A stretch of 64,000 nucleotides of DNA from Nitrospiraceae bacterium (GCA_050246315.1 JBFWWG010000001.1:1-64000); one strand, 5' to 3'; shown: positions 18,786-30,283, numbered from the stretch's first letter. Numbers and translations are program-made. Notes: generated by a model not told the origin, from the sequence alone.

Positions 18786-21597
18786 TCAGGTCCGATTCAG
18801 AGATGATTGGGACTCGCCGGATCGATCCGGCATCTGACGGACTGTTCGGAGTAGATCTGAGGACAAAAAGGGCCTTTGGATAAGCGGCACATCGATCTGC
18901 ACGTTTCCTTGACGCCCTGCTCGATCGTTCAGATAGCCGGACATCAGCAGGAATTGCATGTTCGGCCGGACAATCCTGATCTCGGCCATCAACTGGCGCC
19001 CTCCCATTCGGGGCATGACCGCATCGGTGATGATCAGATGGAGCGGACCCCTGTGTTGCCCGCTTTGCTCCAACACCTCGATCCCGTTCGACACCACCAG
19101 CAGGTAATCCCCGCGGAGCGAGGCACTTCCCGCAACAACCGACGAACCGTGGCGGCATCCTCCACCACGAGAATCGTCTCTTTGCCGGATGGAGCGGACG
19201 GACGTCGCGCCTCCCGTTCGACTGGTGGCCGACCCTCGAGATGGCGAAATTCAATGATATCCGTGCTGCCTTGTCCTGGCGCACTCTCTACCCAGATGGT
19301 CCCGCCACTCCTGGTGATGATGCCGTGCACGATTGTCAGGCCGAGTCCGGTACCTCTCCCCGTTTGCTTGGTCGTGAAGAACGGCTCGAACCTCTGCCGC
19401 TTTGTCTTCTCATCCATCCCGCAGCCGGTGTCACGCACGATCAGCCGCACGACCGGCACGGGCCTGTCCCCGTCATTCAACACGTTCACGTTTTCAATGA
19501 AGAGGTGTCCCCCTTACGGCATTGCATCACGGGCATTGACCGGCAAGGTTGACGATGACTTGCTCAAGCGCCCTCGCGTCAAGCTTCACCGGCCAGAGCT
19601 GCCCACCAAGGGTCGTCGTGATCTGGACGCCTTCCCCGACCAGCCGCTGAACCATTTCGAGCATGCGCTCCAGCACGGTGTTCAAGCCAACCACCTTGGT
19701 CGGAACGAACTGGCCGCGCCGAAAAGCAACAACCGTTATGTTGGGCCCGCTCCCCAGTTGGCGGCCTTTCGAATCTCCGCGAGCTGCGGATGGCACGCGT
19801 CGCTGTCCGGAATCGATTGTAGCAGGAAACTGCAATAGCCACGGATCACGGTCAGTACGTTGTTGAAGTCGTGCCTATACCGTCAGCCAACCGACCAAGC
19901 GCTTCCATTTTGGCCGCCTGTCGAACCTGCTGTTCCAGTTGCTGAGACTCCGTGATGTCCTCAGCCAACCCGGCTACGCGCACCACTGTGCGGGACCGAT
20001 CCCGAATGGAGAAAGCACGATCACGCACCCATCGTACCTTGCCGTCCGGCCTGACGGTCCGGAATTTCTCGTCGCATTCTCCCGTCCTCTGCTTGGTCTG
20101 CGCCGCCTTCCGCACTCGCGCTCGATCGAGGGGATGTACCCCACGGAGCCAATCTTGATAGGCTTCGTACAGGCCTTCGCAGGTTCGCCCCAGATCTCTT
20201 CATCGGCCGGCCTCACGTCGAGGACCTGCTGCTGGACCACATCCTTCATCCAAACACAATATCTCCTGAATATTGTCGGCTGACTATCGACACCGCTCTT
20301 CGCTGACTTTCTCTGCCTGCTCGGCCATTCTGGTCCCGCCGATGCGTTCCCGCAGTTGATGATGGAGCCGATCCAAGTCGGCCCTACGTGCGAGGACACG
20401 CTGTTTCAATGCTTCGTTATAGCATCGCAGCATCCCCTCGGCCCCCTTCTGCGTCGTCACATCTTGGATGGTCGTCAGCCTGGTATCGCGACAACAGGTC
20501 GCATGCGCCGGGATCGGCATTCGATTCCCGAACGCTCACACCGGCTCTGCCGCTTCCAACGGCTGTCAATACGCGACGCCATCGTGGAGCACAAGTCTCA
20601 CTGCGGCGGTATGGCGATCCGCACCGACCGTATACAGATCCTGGTCTTCCAAAATCATCGGATCTTCCCTGAACAGCCACACGCTGGTTCGAGCCACATC
20701 CCCCGCCCGTCCGGTACTGGCTGTAATGTTTCGAAAGGCTTCAAGCCCAAACAGACGTCCTGGATGGCTTCACCCGTGGTCAGCGTGATGAACGTGACCT
20801 AATACTCCGGTCTCTGTTCCACCCTCTGCTGTTGGGCTTCGGCGGCCAGCTTCAATCCGGCGACCTCCCGCGCAATGATCGCGGCCCCCTCCGCGGCTCC
20901 CGCAGGGGGCCGCTGCGGAGTACAGAGCGTCACCATGAATGTTCGATCACCATCCAGTAACTCAACCCAACCCGCATAGGTGGATTCTTCGCCTCGCAGG
21001 CGACGGTCCAAGAACGGTTTGATCGTCCGATAGAACGTCTAAAGGCCCCAGATGTCGGCGACCGATTTCTCGACAATCTCTCGATCGGAAAGACCCTGCA
21101 TCATCTGGAAGATCGGACTGACGTACCGGTACCGGTACTGTGAATCCACGACCGCGATGGGCAAAGGCGACCATTCCAGCACCAGTCTGGACACCTGAAG
21201 TGCCTCGTCGTGCTGGCGATGTTTGGTCGCATCACGACTGATCCATATCCAACGGGTCGGTTCCCGGATAGACAGTGTCAGCACGAACGCCGTGAGATCG
21301 ATGGACAGGGGTTATCCCACTTTGGTCCGGGAGAGGATTTCACCACCGGTAGTGGCCTGCCGACTGAAACTCGTCGGCAGTGTGGGAGTAGAGGTCGGCC
21401 TCCATCTGGAGCAGCGGCGTCTGACCCAGAAGTTCACAATCCGGGAACCCGAACAACACCGCATGCGCAAGATTCTGTTCGAGATACCGGCCCGTATCGT
21501 CGATTTTGGCAATCGGGTCTGTCGAGCGAGCGACAAATTCCTCGTACAATCCGGAGGGGCCGATGGAAGGTGAGGCCGTGGGTAGATCCTCTCTCAC
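18786..21597 (-). pseudogene. Decayed PAS-domain hybrid histidine kinase
   Basis: Fragments in different frames: PAS/PAC (VRPDGKVRWVRDRAF..GLAEDITE), HisKA (KMEALGRLADGI), HATPase (DTGCGMDE..FEPFFTTK..GTGLGL..VESAPGQGST), REC (ILVVED; LIITDAVMP). Many frameshifts and stops; upstream boundary approximate. Confidence 0.85.
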
Positions 21598-22461
21598 ATC
21601 ACCTCACTTTTCCATACTGAACCGATCGGCTCATGGGTATACCGTTCGGCCGGTGGCGCTCTTCCTTAGATGAATTGGAGATTGTTCCTGTCGCTGTCGG
21701 CTACAAGATGGCATCGATCGCGGAGGCCAGGCCTGAGTGGGCAGCCTCCCACCAGTCCGTCTCCGATTTCGCGTTTACTGCAGATGGCGTGGATAAGCTG
21801 ACCTGCTCCACGGTGTGCCGGACGGCTAGGTACCTCATCGACGATGTCTGGAGAGAAACGACTCGTCAGGACGAGGTCGAACCGGTCTCCCATCCCGAGC
21901 CCCAGGTCGCTCGTCCGGATTGACAATCCCGTCCGACCCTTGTCTCATGAATACCAGGACAGTGCGACCGACCACGTTCATCACTATGACGGTGAGAATA
22001 TACCGCCAGAAGCAGTGGCACTCAACACAATCATGTCTATTTGTGAGGTTTCTCAGCGCAATATTCTGCACTAATGATATTCAGGCAGGAGCGTTACGCA
22101 GTCCAGGTACGAAACGTCGGGGCCTCGGTGGGGCCTTGGGAGATAGGCTGATGGACCTCATTCCCCGCATCATTCCCCACGGTCACAATTTCATGGATCG
22201 AGCGTGTGCTCCATTCGTTTGGACGGCGGTATTGCCACTGTTCCTGGTCTGTGCCGAGATCGATCAGAATGGCCAGCAGACGCATGAAGGACGGTGAGAA
22301 GACGACCAAGGCACTACTGAAGACGGGCGACCATCAGTCTCCGCCAATCGTGAGCGGGAATCGGGTTTCCTCGAAGCAGACACATTTCCACAAATCGTTC
22401 GACTGCTGATCGCAAGAAGTGGAACAAGAACAATCGTCCCTCCTTCTTCTGCTCAGCAGGG

Positions 22462-22497
22462 CAAAAAAAAGCCCCCCGATGACCGGGGGGCTTTCTG
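22462..22497 (-). terminator. Intrinsic terminator after the repeat-peptide gene
   Basis: aaaaaaaa gcccccc gatgacc gggggg ctttc: GC stem with an 8-U tract on the minus strand. Confidence 0.85.
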
Positions 22498-22516
22498 CTC
22501 GGCACGAGCAACAACC

Positions 22517-22738
22517 TTACTTGCCCTTCTTCTCTTCCTTCTTCTCGCCGAAGAGCTTGCCGCCCTTGTCCTTCTTCTCCTCGCCGAAGAGCTTGCCGCC
22601 CTTGTCCTTCTTCTCCTCGCCGAACATGATCACGTGACCACCCTTCTTCTCCTCCTTCTTCTGCTCACCCGCGAAGGCCGGAGCCGAGAAGGTCACGAGG
22701 ACCGCCGCCGCCAACAATGACATCAGGATACGCTTCAT
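22517..22738 (-). CDS. Secreted Lys/Glu-rich tandem-repeat peptide (73 aa)
   Basis: Signal MKRILMSLLAAAVLVTFSAPAFA, then GEQKKEEKKGGHVIMF-GEEKKDKGGKLF-GEEKKDKGGKLF-GEKKEEKKGK; RBS ggaggggg; own promoter and terminator. Confidence 0.85.
   Translation of the reverse strand: MKRILMSLLAAAVLVTFSAPAFAGEQKKEEKKGGHVIMFGEEKKDKGGKLFGEEKKDKGGKLFGEKKEEKKGK
22545..22624. repeat. Perfect 36-bp tandem repeat (2.2 copies)
   Basis: tcgccgaagagcttgccgcccttgtccttcttctcc twice, plus tcgccgaa. Confidence 0.95.
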
Positions 22739-22821
22739 AGTCGATTCACCCCCTCCCACGCTTGTGATTTGCTTCAAACGCCTACAGGCGCTGAGCTTCC
22801 CGTTATCGCGACTTCGGTTTG

Positions 22822-22837
22822 AGCAAGGGCAGTGCCA
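22822..22837 (-). promoter_or_regulatory. sigma54 (-24/-12) promoter
   Basis: Minus strand TGGCACTGCCCTTGCT fits TGGCAC-N5-TTGC. An AT-rich IHF-like tract lies just upstream (22850-22882). Confidence 0.8.
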
Positions 22838-23057
22838 TAGGGAGCAAGATGATCAATCAACAATATTTCCATCACTTATATGAATGCAGCGACCGTATAG
22901 CAGGGGTTCTCCTACACCAGCTCTGTGGCAAAATGGCGAATTTCACAAAACTAGACCGCCCCACTGTCCCATTGGGATTTGGATACAGACTTTGGTAGGG
23001 GGAGGGGTCAGAGAGCGACCGTCTCGCGCATTCCCTACCGCGAGTGCAGGCCCCGAA

Positions 23058-23690
23058 CTAGGGTCTTTGTGCGATGATACTGGCGTAAGCAGCTTGGCCG
23101 GTATCTTCGACCTGATAGCGAATGATCTTGAAATCCCGAAAGAGGTCAAGCAATTCGTTCTGCTCGATGAGGTAGGTCCGGTTGAAATCGGGACGGTATT
23201 TTAGATGGTCGAGGGTATACGTCTCGACCACTGCCATCCCACCCGGTTTGAGCGCATTCTTGATTTGAGGGAACAGGTTGCGCTGCAGATAGTAGGTGCA
23301 GAGAATTACCTCGTAAGCCTCTCGTTCCAACTCCACGCTGTCAAGATCAACCACCTGCGTCTCAAGGGTGACACCCTGTTCCTTCGCCAACCGCTGCGCC
23401 TTCTCAAGCCCTCTGGCGGAAATATCGAGTCCGGTCACCTGAAAACCACGGGCGGCCAGAAAGACGCCGTTGCGGCCTTCGCCCATCGCCAGATCTAGCG
23501 CCCGGCCCTTCGGAAGCAGGTTCACGTGTGCGGCAAGGAAGGGAATGGCCTCTTTTCCGAAGAGATATCGGTCTTCCTGATATTTCTTATCCCAGCGTTC
23601 CTGGTCTCGGGGATCGGCGTCGACCGTCGGTGGGATCAGCAACAACGCGCAACAGGCTGCCATCTGCACCAGCCTTGATAGAATGCTCAT
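23058..23690 (-). CDS. Class I SAM-dependent methyltransferase (TehB-like) with signal-like N-terminus
   Basis: WDKKY, RALDLAMGEGRN, GLDIS, LKPGG; GGAG RBS before 23690. The longer start in the ORF track falls inside the MITE. Confidence 0.9.
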   Translation of the reverse strand: MSILSRLVQMAACCALLLIPPTVDADPRDQERWDKKYQEDRYLFGKEAIPFLAAHVNLLPKGRALDLAMGEGRNGVFLAARGFQVTGLDISARGLEKAQRLAKEQGVTLETQVVDLDSVELEREAYEVILCTYYLQRNLFPQIKNALKPGGMAVVETYTLDHLKYRPDFNRTYLIEQNELLDLFRDFKIIRYQVEDTGQAAYASIIAQRP

Positions 23691-23706
23691 CTGATCTCCC
23701 ATCGGC

Positions 23707-23844
23707 TTAGCCCGCATTATTCACGATGACTTCTACTGCAACCGCCGTGCTCCCCGTTGCCGCGGCCCCTTGCACAAGGGAGAGCACAGGGTCCCCCTCT
23801 CAACGGGTGAACCGTCACGAACTCTTCTGAATAATGCGGGCGAG
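23707..23844. mobile_element. MITE family A, short copy
   Basis: TIRs ttagcccgcattattca / tgaataatgcgggcgag; shares ttctactgcaaccgc and gaaccgtca with the 58571 copy. Confidence 0.85.
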
Positions 23845-23947
23845 TGACCGCACACAACAGACGGGACAGGACCTGCCACTTGCGTTTGACCGCCGGGCTG
23901 CACTGTAATGCGCGGACCATCCAGTTTCAAGTGCGAGGCCCCATCCC

Positions 23948-24541
23948 ATGCGCGCAAAGCGGACGACCACTCCGGCATCCCTCCCTGACTATATCGGACC
24001 CGGCCTCGACATCCTATTCGTAGGGATCAATCCCGGCCTCCGTTCCATGAAGGTTGGGCACCATTTTGCAGGCTACTCCAATCGCTTTTGGAAACTCCTC
24101 TATGCGGCCGGGCTCGTCTCCGAGCCACTCGGTCCACAGGACGATCGGCGATTGCCCCAATGGGGGATCGGTATCACGAACTTGATTCGTCGTCCGACAG
24201 CCGGGGTCGACAGCCTGAAGACCGCGGAGTATGTCGCAGGACGGAGACGACTCCTCACCCTTGTGTTGCGGCATCGCCCCCGGACCATCGCACTGCTCGG
24301 GCTCACACTGTTCCCGGCGATCGTCCCGCCCCGCCGCGGGGAGTCCGCGGCCGAGACCATCCCCGTGCACCGCACACCGGGCTGGCAGCCTGAGCATTTT
24401 GGCGGTGCTCGTGTGTTTCTCCTCCCCAACCCGAGCGGGCGGAACGCCCATTACTCTTACGAGACCTTGCTCACACTGTTTACCGCCCTGCAACAGGCAA
24501 CCATTGGGATGGGACGCGTGGCCGCTAAGAGCCGAAGCTGA
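23948..24541 (+). CDS. mug: G/U mismatch-specific DNA glycosylase
   Basis: ILFVGINPG, GHHFAG..NRFW, GITNL, LPNPSGRN. Confidence 0.93.
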   Translation: MRAKRTTTPASLPDYIGPGLDILFVGINPGLRSMKVGHHFAGYSNRFWKLLYAAGLVSEPLGPQDDRRLPQWGIGITNLIRRPTAGVDSLKTAEYVAGRRRLLTLVLRHRPRTIALLGLTLFPAIVPPRRGESAAETIPVHRTPGWQPEHFGGARVFLLPNPSGRNAHYSYETLLTLFTALQQATIGMGRVAAKSRS

Positions 24542-24721
24542 CCTCGGACGGCTGATATTGAGGACTTGGAATTGGCGCCAACCACGGTCCATACCTGACC
24601 GGGCACGACCAAGCCGATCCCGGAAAGGCGACCCTAAGACGCAAAAAAACGATTGGCTAAGCCGGTTTAGTTGCACTATACTTTGGAGGCTTCTAGCCAT
24701 GTGATCCCGGAGACGCTTCCA

Positions 24722-25363
24722 ATGAACAGGATACCGCTTGTCCTGGCTTTTCCGCTTGTTCTTGCGGCCTCTGTTATACATCATGCCGCGTCGGCTTCAG
24801 ACTCGGTTCCACAATTGACGGCGGAGTCGATCCGAGAATGTGAGTTGGGGCGAGCGGCTCAGGTTCGCGATGCCCGGGTCGCCCACTTCGAGCGAAGCCA
24901 AGCTTTGGCAGAGCGGGCCATTGAACTGGACGAACGACACGCGCGCGCGCATTTTGCCCTCTTCTGTACACTCGGGGAACAGCTTCGCGTTGACGGCGAG
25001 AACCTGACATCGCTCTTCGGCTTCCGCCGTATGATGAAGGAGCTGGACCGGGTGCTCGAACTGGAGCCGGATAATCTCGACGCCCTGTCGGCCAAGGCCA
25101 CATTCCTCGTGCGAATGCCAAGCCTACTGGGCGGGGATCAGGACAAGGGCGAGCGCATTCTGGAGATGATCATTCGTCGCGATCCGAAATCGGTCAATGC
25201 GCGGCTCAGCCTCGCGAAGAGCTACTGCTCGCGCGGCAACCATCAGCCGGCGATCGTTTTGGCCAGTGAAGCGCTCCAGCTGGCCCAGGCGGACCAGCGC
25301 ACCGATTTCATCCTGGAGGCGCAAGCGGCACTGACACAGATGAGAGCTCGACAAGCCCACTGA
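24722..25363 (+). CDS. Exported TPR-like protein
   Basis: Signal peptide; helical repeats AERAIELDE, RVLELEPDN, PSLLGGD. Confidence 0.75.
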   Translation: MNRIPLVLAFPLVLAASVIHHAASASDSVPQLTAESIRECELGRAAQVRDARVAHFERSQALAERAIELDERHARAHFALFCTLGEQLRVDGENLTSLFGFRRMMKELDRVLELEPDNLDALSAKATFLVRMPSLLGGDQDKGERILEMIIRRDPKSVNARLSLAKSYCSRGNHQPAIVLASEALQLAQADQRTDFILEAQAALTQMRARQAH

Positions 25364-25472
25364 CGGACGTCGTACGAAAGCACCTCCCGCCGATCTTTCT
25401 TCCGACAATCCATCGGCCGCATCTTCTCCGACGTTTCAAGGATTCGTTCACGCGCTCCGGAGCCGGTAGCAA

Positions 25473-26093
25473 TCAACCCCGCGGCTTGCCCCACACCTCT
25501 TCCAGCCGTTGCACTCGTCCGCAATTGTATTTGTAGAACTTGTATCGGATCGGGTTCCGCTTATAAAAATCCTGGTGATAGTCCTCGGCAGGGTAAAAGG
25601 TCGTCGCTGGAGCAATCTGCGTCACGATCTGCTCTCGAAAGGGCTTTGTCTGCTCAATGGCCTGCCTTGACTCTTCGGCCTGGCGTTGTTGCGTCTCCGT
25701 CAGCGGGAAGATGGCTGATCGATACTGGCTGCCGCGATCACAGAATTGTCGGTCCGGCGTCGTCGGATCGATATTCCGCCAAAAGATGTCCAGCAACTTC
25801 GGATAGTTGGTCTTCGACGAATCGAACAGGACTTCAACGGCTTCCGCATGGCCTGTAGACCCGGAAGAGACCTCCTCGTACGTCGGGTTCACTTTGGTTC
25901 CACCCATATAGCCGGACGTGACCGAGACCACGCCCGTGACCCCCTCAAAAGCTTCTTCCATACACCAAAAACAGCCTCCGGCAAAAACGGCCTTTTCCAG
26001 ATTTGCACCATCGGCAGGACCCTCTGCCACAGCCGCGAAAGCCAGTATCCCCATCGCTACGAGCGTCGTCGGCCGACGTATCCACTTGGCCAT
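25473..26093 (-). CDS. msrA: Peptide methionine sulfoxide reductase A, with signal peptide
   Basis: AGGCFWCME, GHAEAV, AEDYHQDFY. Confidence 0.96.
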   Translation of the reverse strand: MAKWIRRPTTLVAMGILAFAAVAEGPADGANLEKAVFAGGCFWCMEEAFEGVTGVVSVTSGYMGGTKVNPTYEEVSSGSTGHAEAVEVLFDSSKTNYPKLLDIFWRNIDPTTPDRQFCDRGSQYRSAIFPLTETQQRQAEESRQAIEQTKPFREQIVTQIAPATTFYPAEDYHQDFYKRNPIRYKFYKYNCGRVQRLEEVWGKPRG

Positions 26094-26182
26094 GATCCGC
26101 ACCTCCTCTTTCGATTAGGCGACGCGGTATTGTCTCACGACGCAGGACTGTCTTACAGGAGACGGGGCGGGCGGCTCGGAAG

Positions 26183-26425
26183 TTATCGGATGACTGCAGG
26201 ATCTTGCAATTCCGGTGGACGGGTGACGATACGAAGGGTGATGGCATTGCCAATCTGCATGTGGACCATTTTCGTTTCGAGTCCTTCGAGCGTTTGAGAG
26301 GCATCTTCGGTCGTGAAACTCACCCGGCCGCCACAGCGCTCAACCAAATGGTAGATCAAGAGCGTGGTGAGATGTTCGACTTCTTCTTGCGAGAGATCGT
26401 CGCTAAAACTCAGGATTTTTCGCAT
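26183..26425 (-). CDS. Hypothetical protein
   Basis: 80-aa ORF with typical composition, between msrA and rbsK. Confidence 0.6.
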   Translation of the reverse strand: MRKILSFSDDLSQEEVEHLTTLLIYHLVERCGGRVSFTTEDASQTLEGLETKMVHMQIGNAITLRIVTRPPELQDPAVIR

Positions 26426-26608
26426 GGGGCTCTCGGTCCGATCTAATCCAATAAAGGAGCCCTCTTATCGCTGACTGCGGCAGACAGCCGCAATGCCCCG
26501 AAGGGGGGTACTTGTCCTCCGGAAGAAGGAGCACCAAGCAGGATCTTGCGACTCAACCGACTGATTCTAATTGCTTTTCCCGGATGGAAGACGTGCGACA
26601 CACTCCAA

Positions 26609-27508
26609 CTACCGGGTCAACATCATTTCGATCTCTCGGCGGCCTGGCAGCGAATCGTGGGCGCCACGCTTCGTCACAGCCAAGGCGCCGGCCGCAGAGG
26701 CTACCTGCAAGGCGCGGCCAAGAGGTCGGCCCTCCGCCAGCGCAGCAGCCAGCACACCGCTGAACGCATCACCTGCCGCAGTCGAATCCACAGCACGGAC
26801 CTTGAACGGAGGAATCTCCATCGTTCCCGAACGACTCACCCAGAGCGAACCCTGTTCTCCCAGCGTCACCACGACATTTCGTGCCCCTCGCGCCAGCAGA
26901 GCGCTCGCCGCCGCTGCCATATCGGTCCGACCAGTCAATGCAGCCGCTTCCGTTTCGTTGGGTGTCAGTATGTCGACCAGCTTGATCATCTCATCGGGCA
27001 AGGGTTGAGCCGGAGCGGGATTCACGATGGTAGTCATCCCCTTATCCTTTGCGAGACTCAGCCCCTGAGTCACAGCAGCCAGCGGCACTTCCAACTGAAC
27101 CAGCAAGACCTTGGCCTCCTCGAATACCAGGGCATGTTCGCGAATGTCCTCAGCCGCCAACAGACGATTGCTGCCGGGCGCGACGGCAATCATGTTGCGA
27201 CCGTTGGCATCGACCACGATCAACGCGACGCCGGTCGAGGCGCGCCGGTCATGCCGCAAGCCGATGGTGGGAATGCCCTGCTCGACGAGATGCCGCGCGA
27301 TCGCCTCGCCGTTGGCATCCGCCCCGAGCTTCGTCACGAACAACACCTCTGCACCGGCCCGGTGCGCCGCGATGGCCTGGTTGGCGCCCTTGCCGCCGAA
27401 CGATTGATAGAACTCGCCGCCCGATACCGTTTCTCCCACTCCCGGCAATCGGTCCAGCCTGACGGTCAAATCGAGATTGGATGATCCGATCACGAGGACA
27501 TTCGGCAT
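26609..27508 (-). CDS. rbsK: Ribokinase
   Basis: GSSNLD, GGKGANQA, PNETEA, DSTAAGDAF. Confidence 0.95.
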   Translation of the reverse strand: MPNVLVIGSSNLDLTVRLDRLPGVGETVSGGEFYQSFGGKGANQAIAAHRAGAEVLFVTKLGADANGEAIARHLVEQGIPTIGLRHDRRASTGVALIVVDANGRNMIAVAPGSNRLLAAEDIREHALVFEEAKVLLVQLEVPLAAVTQGLSLAKDKGMTTIVNPAPAQPLPDEMIKLVDILTPNETEAAALTGRTDMAAAASALLARGARNVVVTLGEQGSLWVSRSGTMEIPPFKVRAVDSTAAGDAFSGVLAAALAEGRPLGRALQVASAAGALAVTKRGAHDSLPGRREIEMMLTR

Positions 27509-28485
27509 AGTCGCTCCGTGATAAGGCGGCGAGCCCGATCGGCATTCACGTCCATGGCCACCTGCACATTCGCATTGGGTTTGTGCGTGCTCCTCAGGCT
27601 TCGACGATCCGCGATCGTCGCTCCGATGGCGACAACCCCCTCGGTTTCCACTGCCACGTGCAACGGGATCGCCCGCACCAGCGAAGGATCGATGGCCACC
27701 GCCACGGCCAGCGGATCGTGAAATGGGAATACTGCCGCGCCCTCGACTCGCTCTGCAAAGTCCAGCGCCGCCCCCGTCGCATCCGCACAAAATTGTCCAA
27801 CAGGATCTTGGGTACGAGCCGTCAGTTTCCTGGTAGCCTCACGCGACATCGTGACCTTCGAGGTGACATCCAGCGGCACCAGCGTCAGCGGCAGATGGGC
27901 CTGCAACACCTGCTCGGCCGCATGGGGATCGACGTACACATTAAATTCCGCCGCGCGCGTCACATTGCCCGGAACGGCGATCGCGCCGGCCATAGCGGTG
28001 ATGGAACCGAACGCCTTCACCACGGCTCCGGCCTCTCGCAGCGCCTCCGCCAGATTCGTGAGTGGCCCCAGCGTCACGAGCGTAAGGCCTGCTCCATGCG
28101 CCCTGTTGCAACGATCCCAGATCTCGAGGGCGCTAGGCAACCGGGCCGGCACGGCAGGGCGAGGATAGCGCGGTCGTCCGTTCGGATTCGTGAACTGATC
28201 CAGATCGCCCAACCCATCGGCGCCATGCACATGCGTGGCGGTTTCGAGCGGACGTTGGAGGGGAGCGGCCGCCCCCTGCCCGATCAGGAGGCCACGCGGC
28301 GGATCGACCAGGCTCAGGATACGAAAGAGATTTGCGCTCGCCTGCTCGACCGGCACATTGCCACAGACGGTCGTGATCCCGACCACATCGAGTTCCGGCG
28401 ACCGAAGCGCCAGCAGGATTGCGAGCGCATCATCCACGCCCGGGTCCGTATCCAGAATGACTTTCTTTCTGGGAGTAAATGGCAT
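27490..28485 (-). CDS. Inosine/uridine-preferring nucleoside hydrolase
   Basis: DTDPGVDDA, HGADGLG, GPLTN, AEFN..VDP, HDP. Confidence 0.95.
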   Translation of the reverse strand: MPFTPRKKVILDTDPGVDDALAILLALRSPELDVVGITTVCGNVPVEQASANLFRILSLVDPPRGLLIGQGAAAPLQRPLETATHVHGADGLGDLDQFTNPNGRPRYPRPAVPARLPSALEIWDRCNRAHGAGLTLVTLGPLTNLAEALREAGAVVKAFGSITAMAGAIAVPGNVTRAAEFNVYVDPHAAEQVLQAHLPLTLVPLDVTSKVTMSREATRKLTARTQDPVGQFCADATGAALDFAERVEGAAVFPFHDPLAVAVAIDPSLVRAIPLHVAVETEGVVAIGATIADRRSLRSTHKPNANVQVAMDVNADRARRLITERLCRMSS

Positions 28486-28649
28486 GACGGGAGATTGCCA
28501 CTATACTGCGACGGTTCTGAAAGAGTCACGATCAAGCGCAGAGGATGCATTCGCCGCAAAGGTCTCAGCCTGCTTGATTTCCACCTCAAGCGGATCTGTG
28601 CTATCTTCGTGCCGGCTCTTATTACCGGACCGCACAAGGAGAAAAGCCG

Positions 28650-29432
<783 letters not shown>

Positions 29433-29526
29433 GGATCGGAGCATGGTTCGTGAATCGTATTTCGTGAAGCACACGCTGCGTGCACTCCCCCAAGTCTGGA
29501 TAATGCGGTCGCGAGAGGAGGAGGAG

Positions 29527-29841
29527 CTAGGCGGCGTTCAGCGGCGAAATGCGTTCGATCTTGCGCATCGTGCTTTTCGCCGCCTTCCAGAGGTCCACGG
29601 CTCGCTGGGCATTCAACCAAAACTCAGCGGAGTTTCCAAACAGGCGAGAAAGGCGCAATGCCATCTCCGGGCTCACAGCCCGTCGTTCTCGAATCACCTC
29701 GTTCACCGTTTGCCTCGACACACCTAGGGCCTTGGCAAAGCTGGATACCGTCAGCCCATAATCCGGCAAGAAATCCTCGCGCAACATCCTGCCGGGGTGG
29801 GTCGGATGAACCTTTCGCTGCATGGTGTTGGGAATGCTCAT
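29527..29841 (-). CDS. higA: HigA-family antitoxin
   Basis: HPGRMLREDFL...VSPEMALRLSRLFGNSAEFWLNAQ. Confidence 0.95.
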   Translation of the reverse strand: MSIPNTMQRKVHPTHPGRMLREDFLPDYGLTVSSFAKALGVSRQTVNEVIRERRAVSPEMALRLSRLFGNSAEFWLNAQRAVDLWKAAKSTMRKIERISPLNAA

Positions 29842-29856
29842 GATGCGCCTCGCTAT

Positions 29857-30138
29857 CTAATGATAGTCCGTGACCTCCACGTCATAGACATCGCCGTTCA
29901 CAAACCGGAAACAAATCCGCCATTGCTCATTGACAGAGATCGAATACTGGCCTTTTCGTTCCCTTTCTAGTTTATGAAGTCGGTTGCTCGGAGGAACCTT
30001 TAAGTCGTCCACCCGCGTGACCAAATCGAGATACTCCAGCCTCCGGACTGCTCGCTGCCAGATCTCCGAAGGAAATCGCTTCGACTTGCCGGTCTCATAC
30101 AACTCCTGTGTGTGCCGGTCGGCAAACGTTCGGATCAC
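29857..30138 (-). CDS. higB: HigB (RelE-superfamily) toxin
   Basis: MIRTFAD...PPSNRLHKL...GQYSISVNEQWRICF...DYH. Confidence 0.95.
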   Translation of the reverse strand: MIRTFADRHTQELYETGKSKRFPSEIWQRAVRRLEYLDLVTRVDDLKVPPSNRLHKLERERKGQYSISVNEQWRICFRFVNGDVYDVEVTDYH

Positions 30139-30283
30139 GGATCAAGTGTAAACCGAGGCGTGACAGGCGATCAAGTCGGAAGAGCGCATATGACTCACCA
30201 CGAGGGTCAGAGCGCGGTTCGTGAATTGTGTACCTTGTGAAGGACGAGCGGCGGGACACGGGGGACGCTCCTCGTAGAGCGCC

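Noticed and set aside
22545..22624. 36-bp repeats of CRISPR-like length
   Set aside because: They are head-to-tail with no spacers and in frame within a coding sequence.
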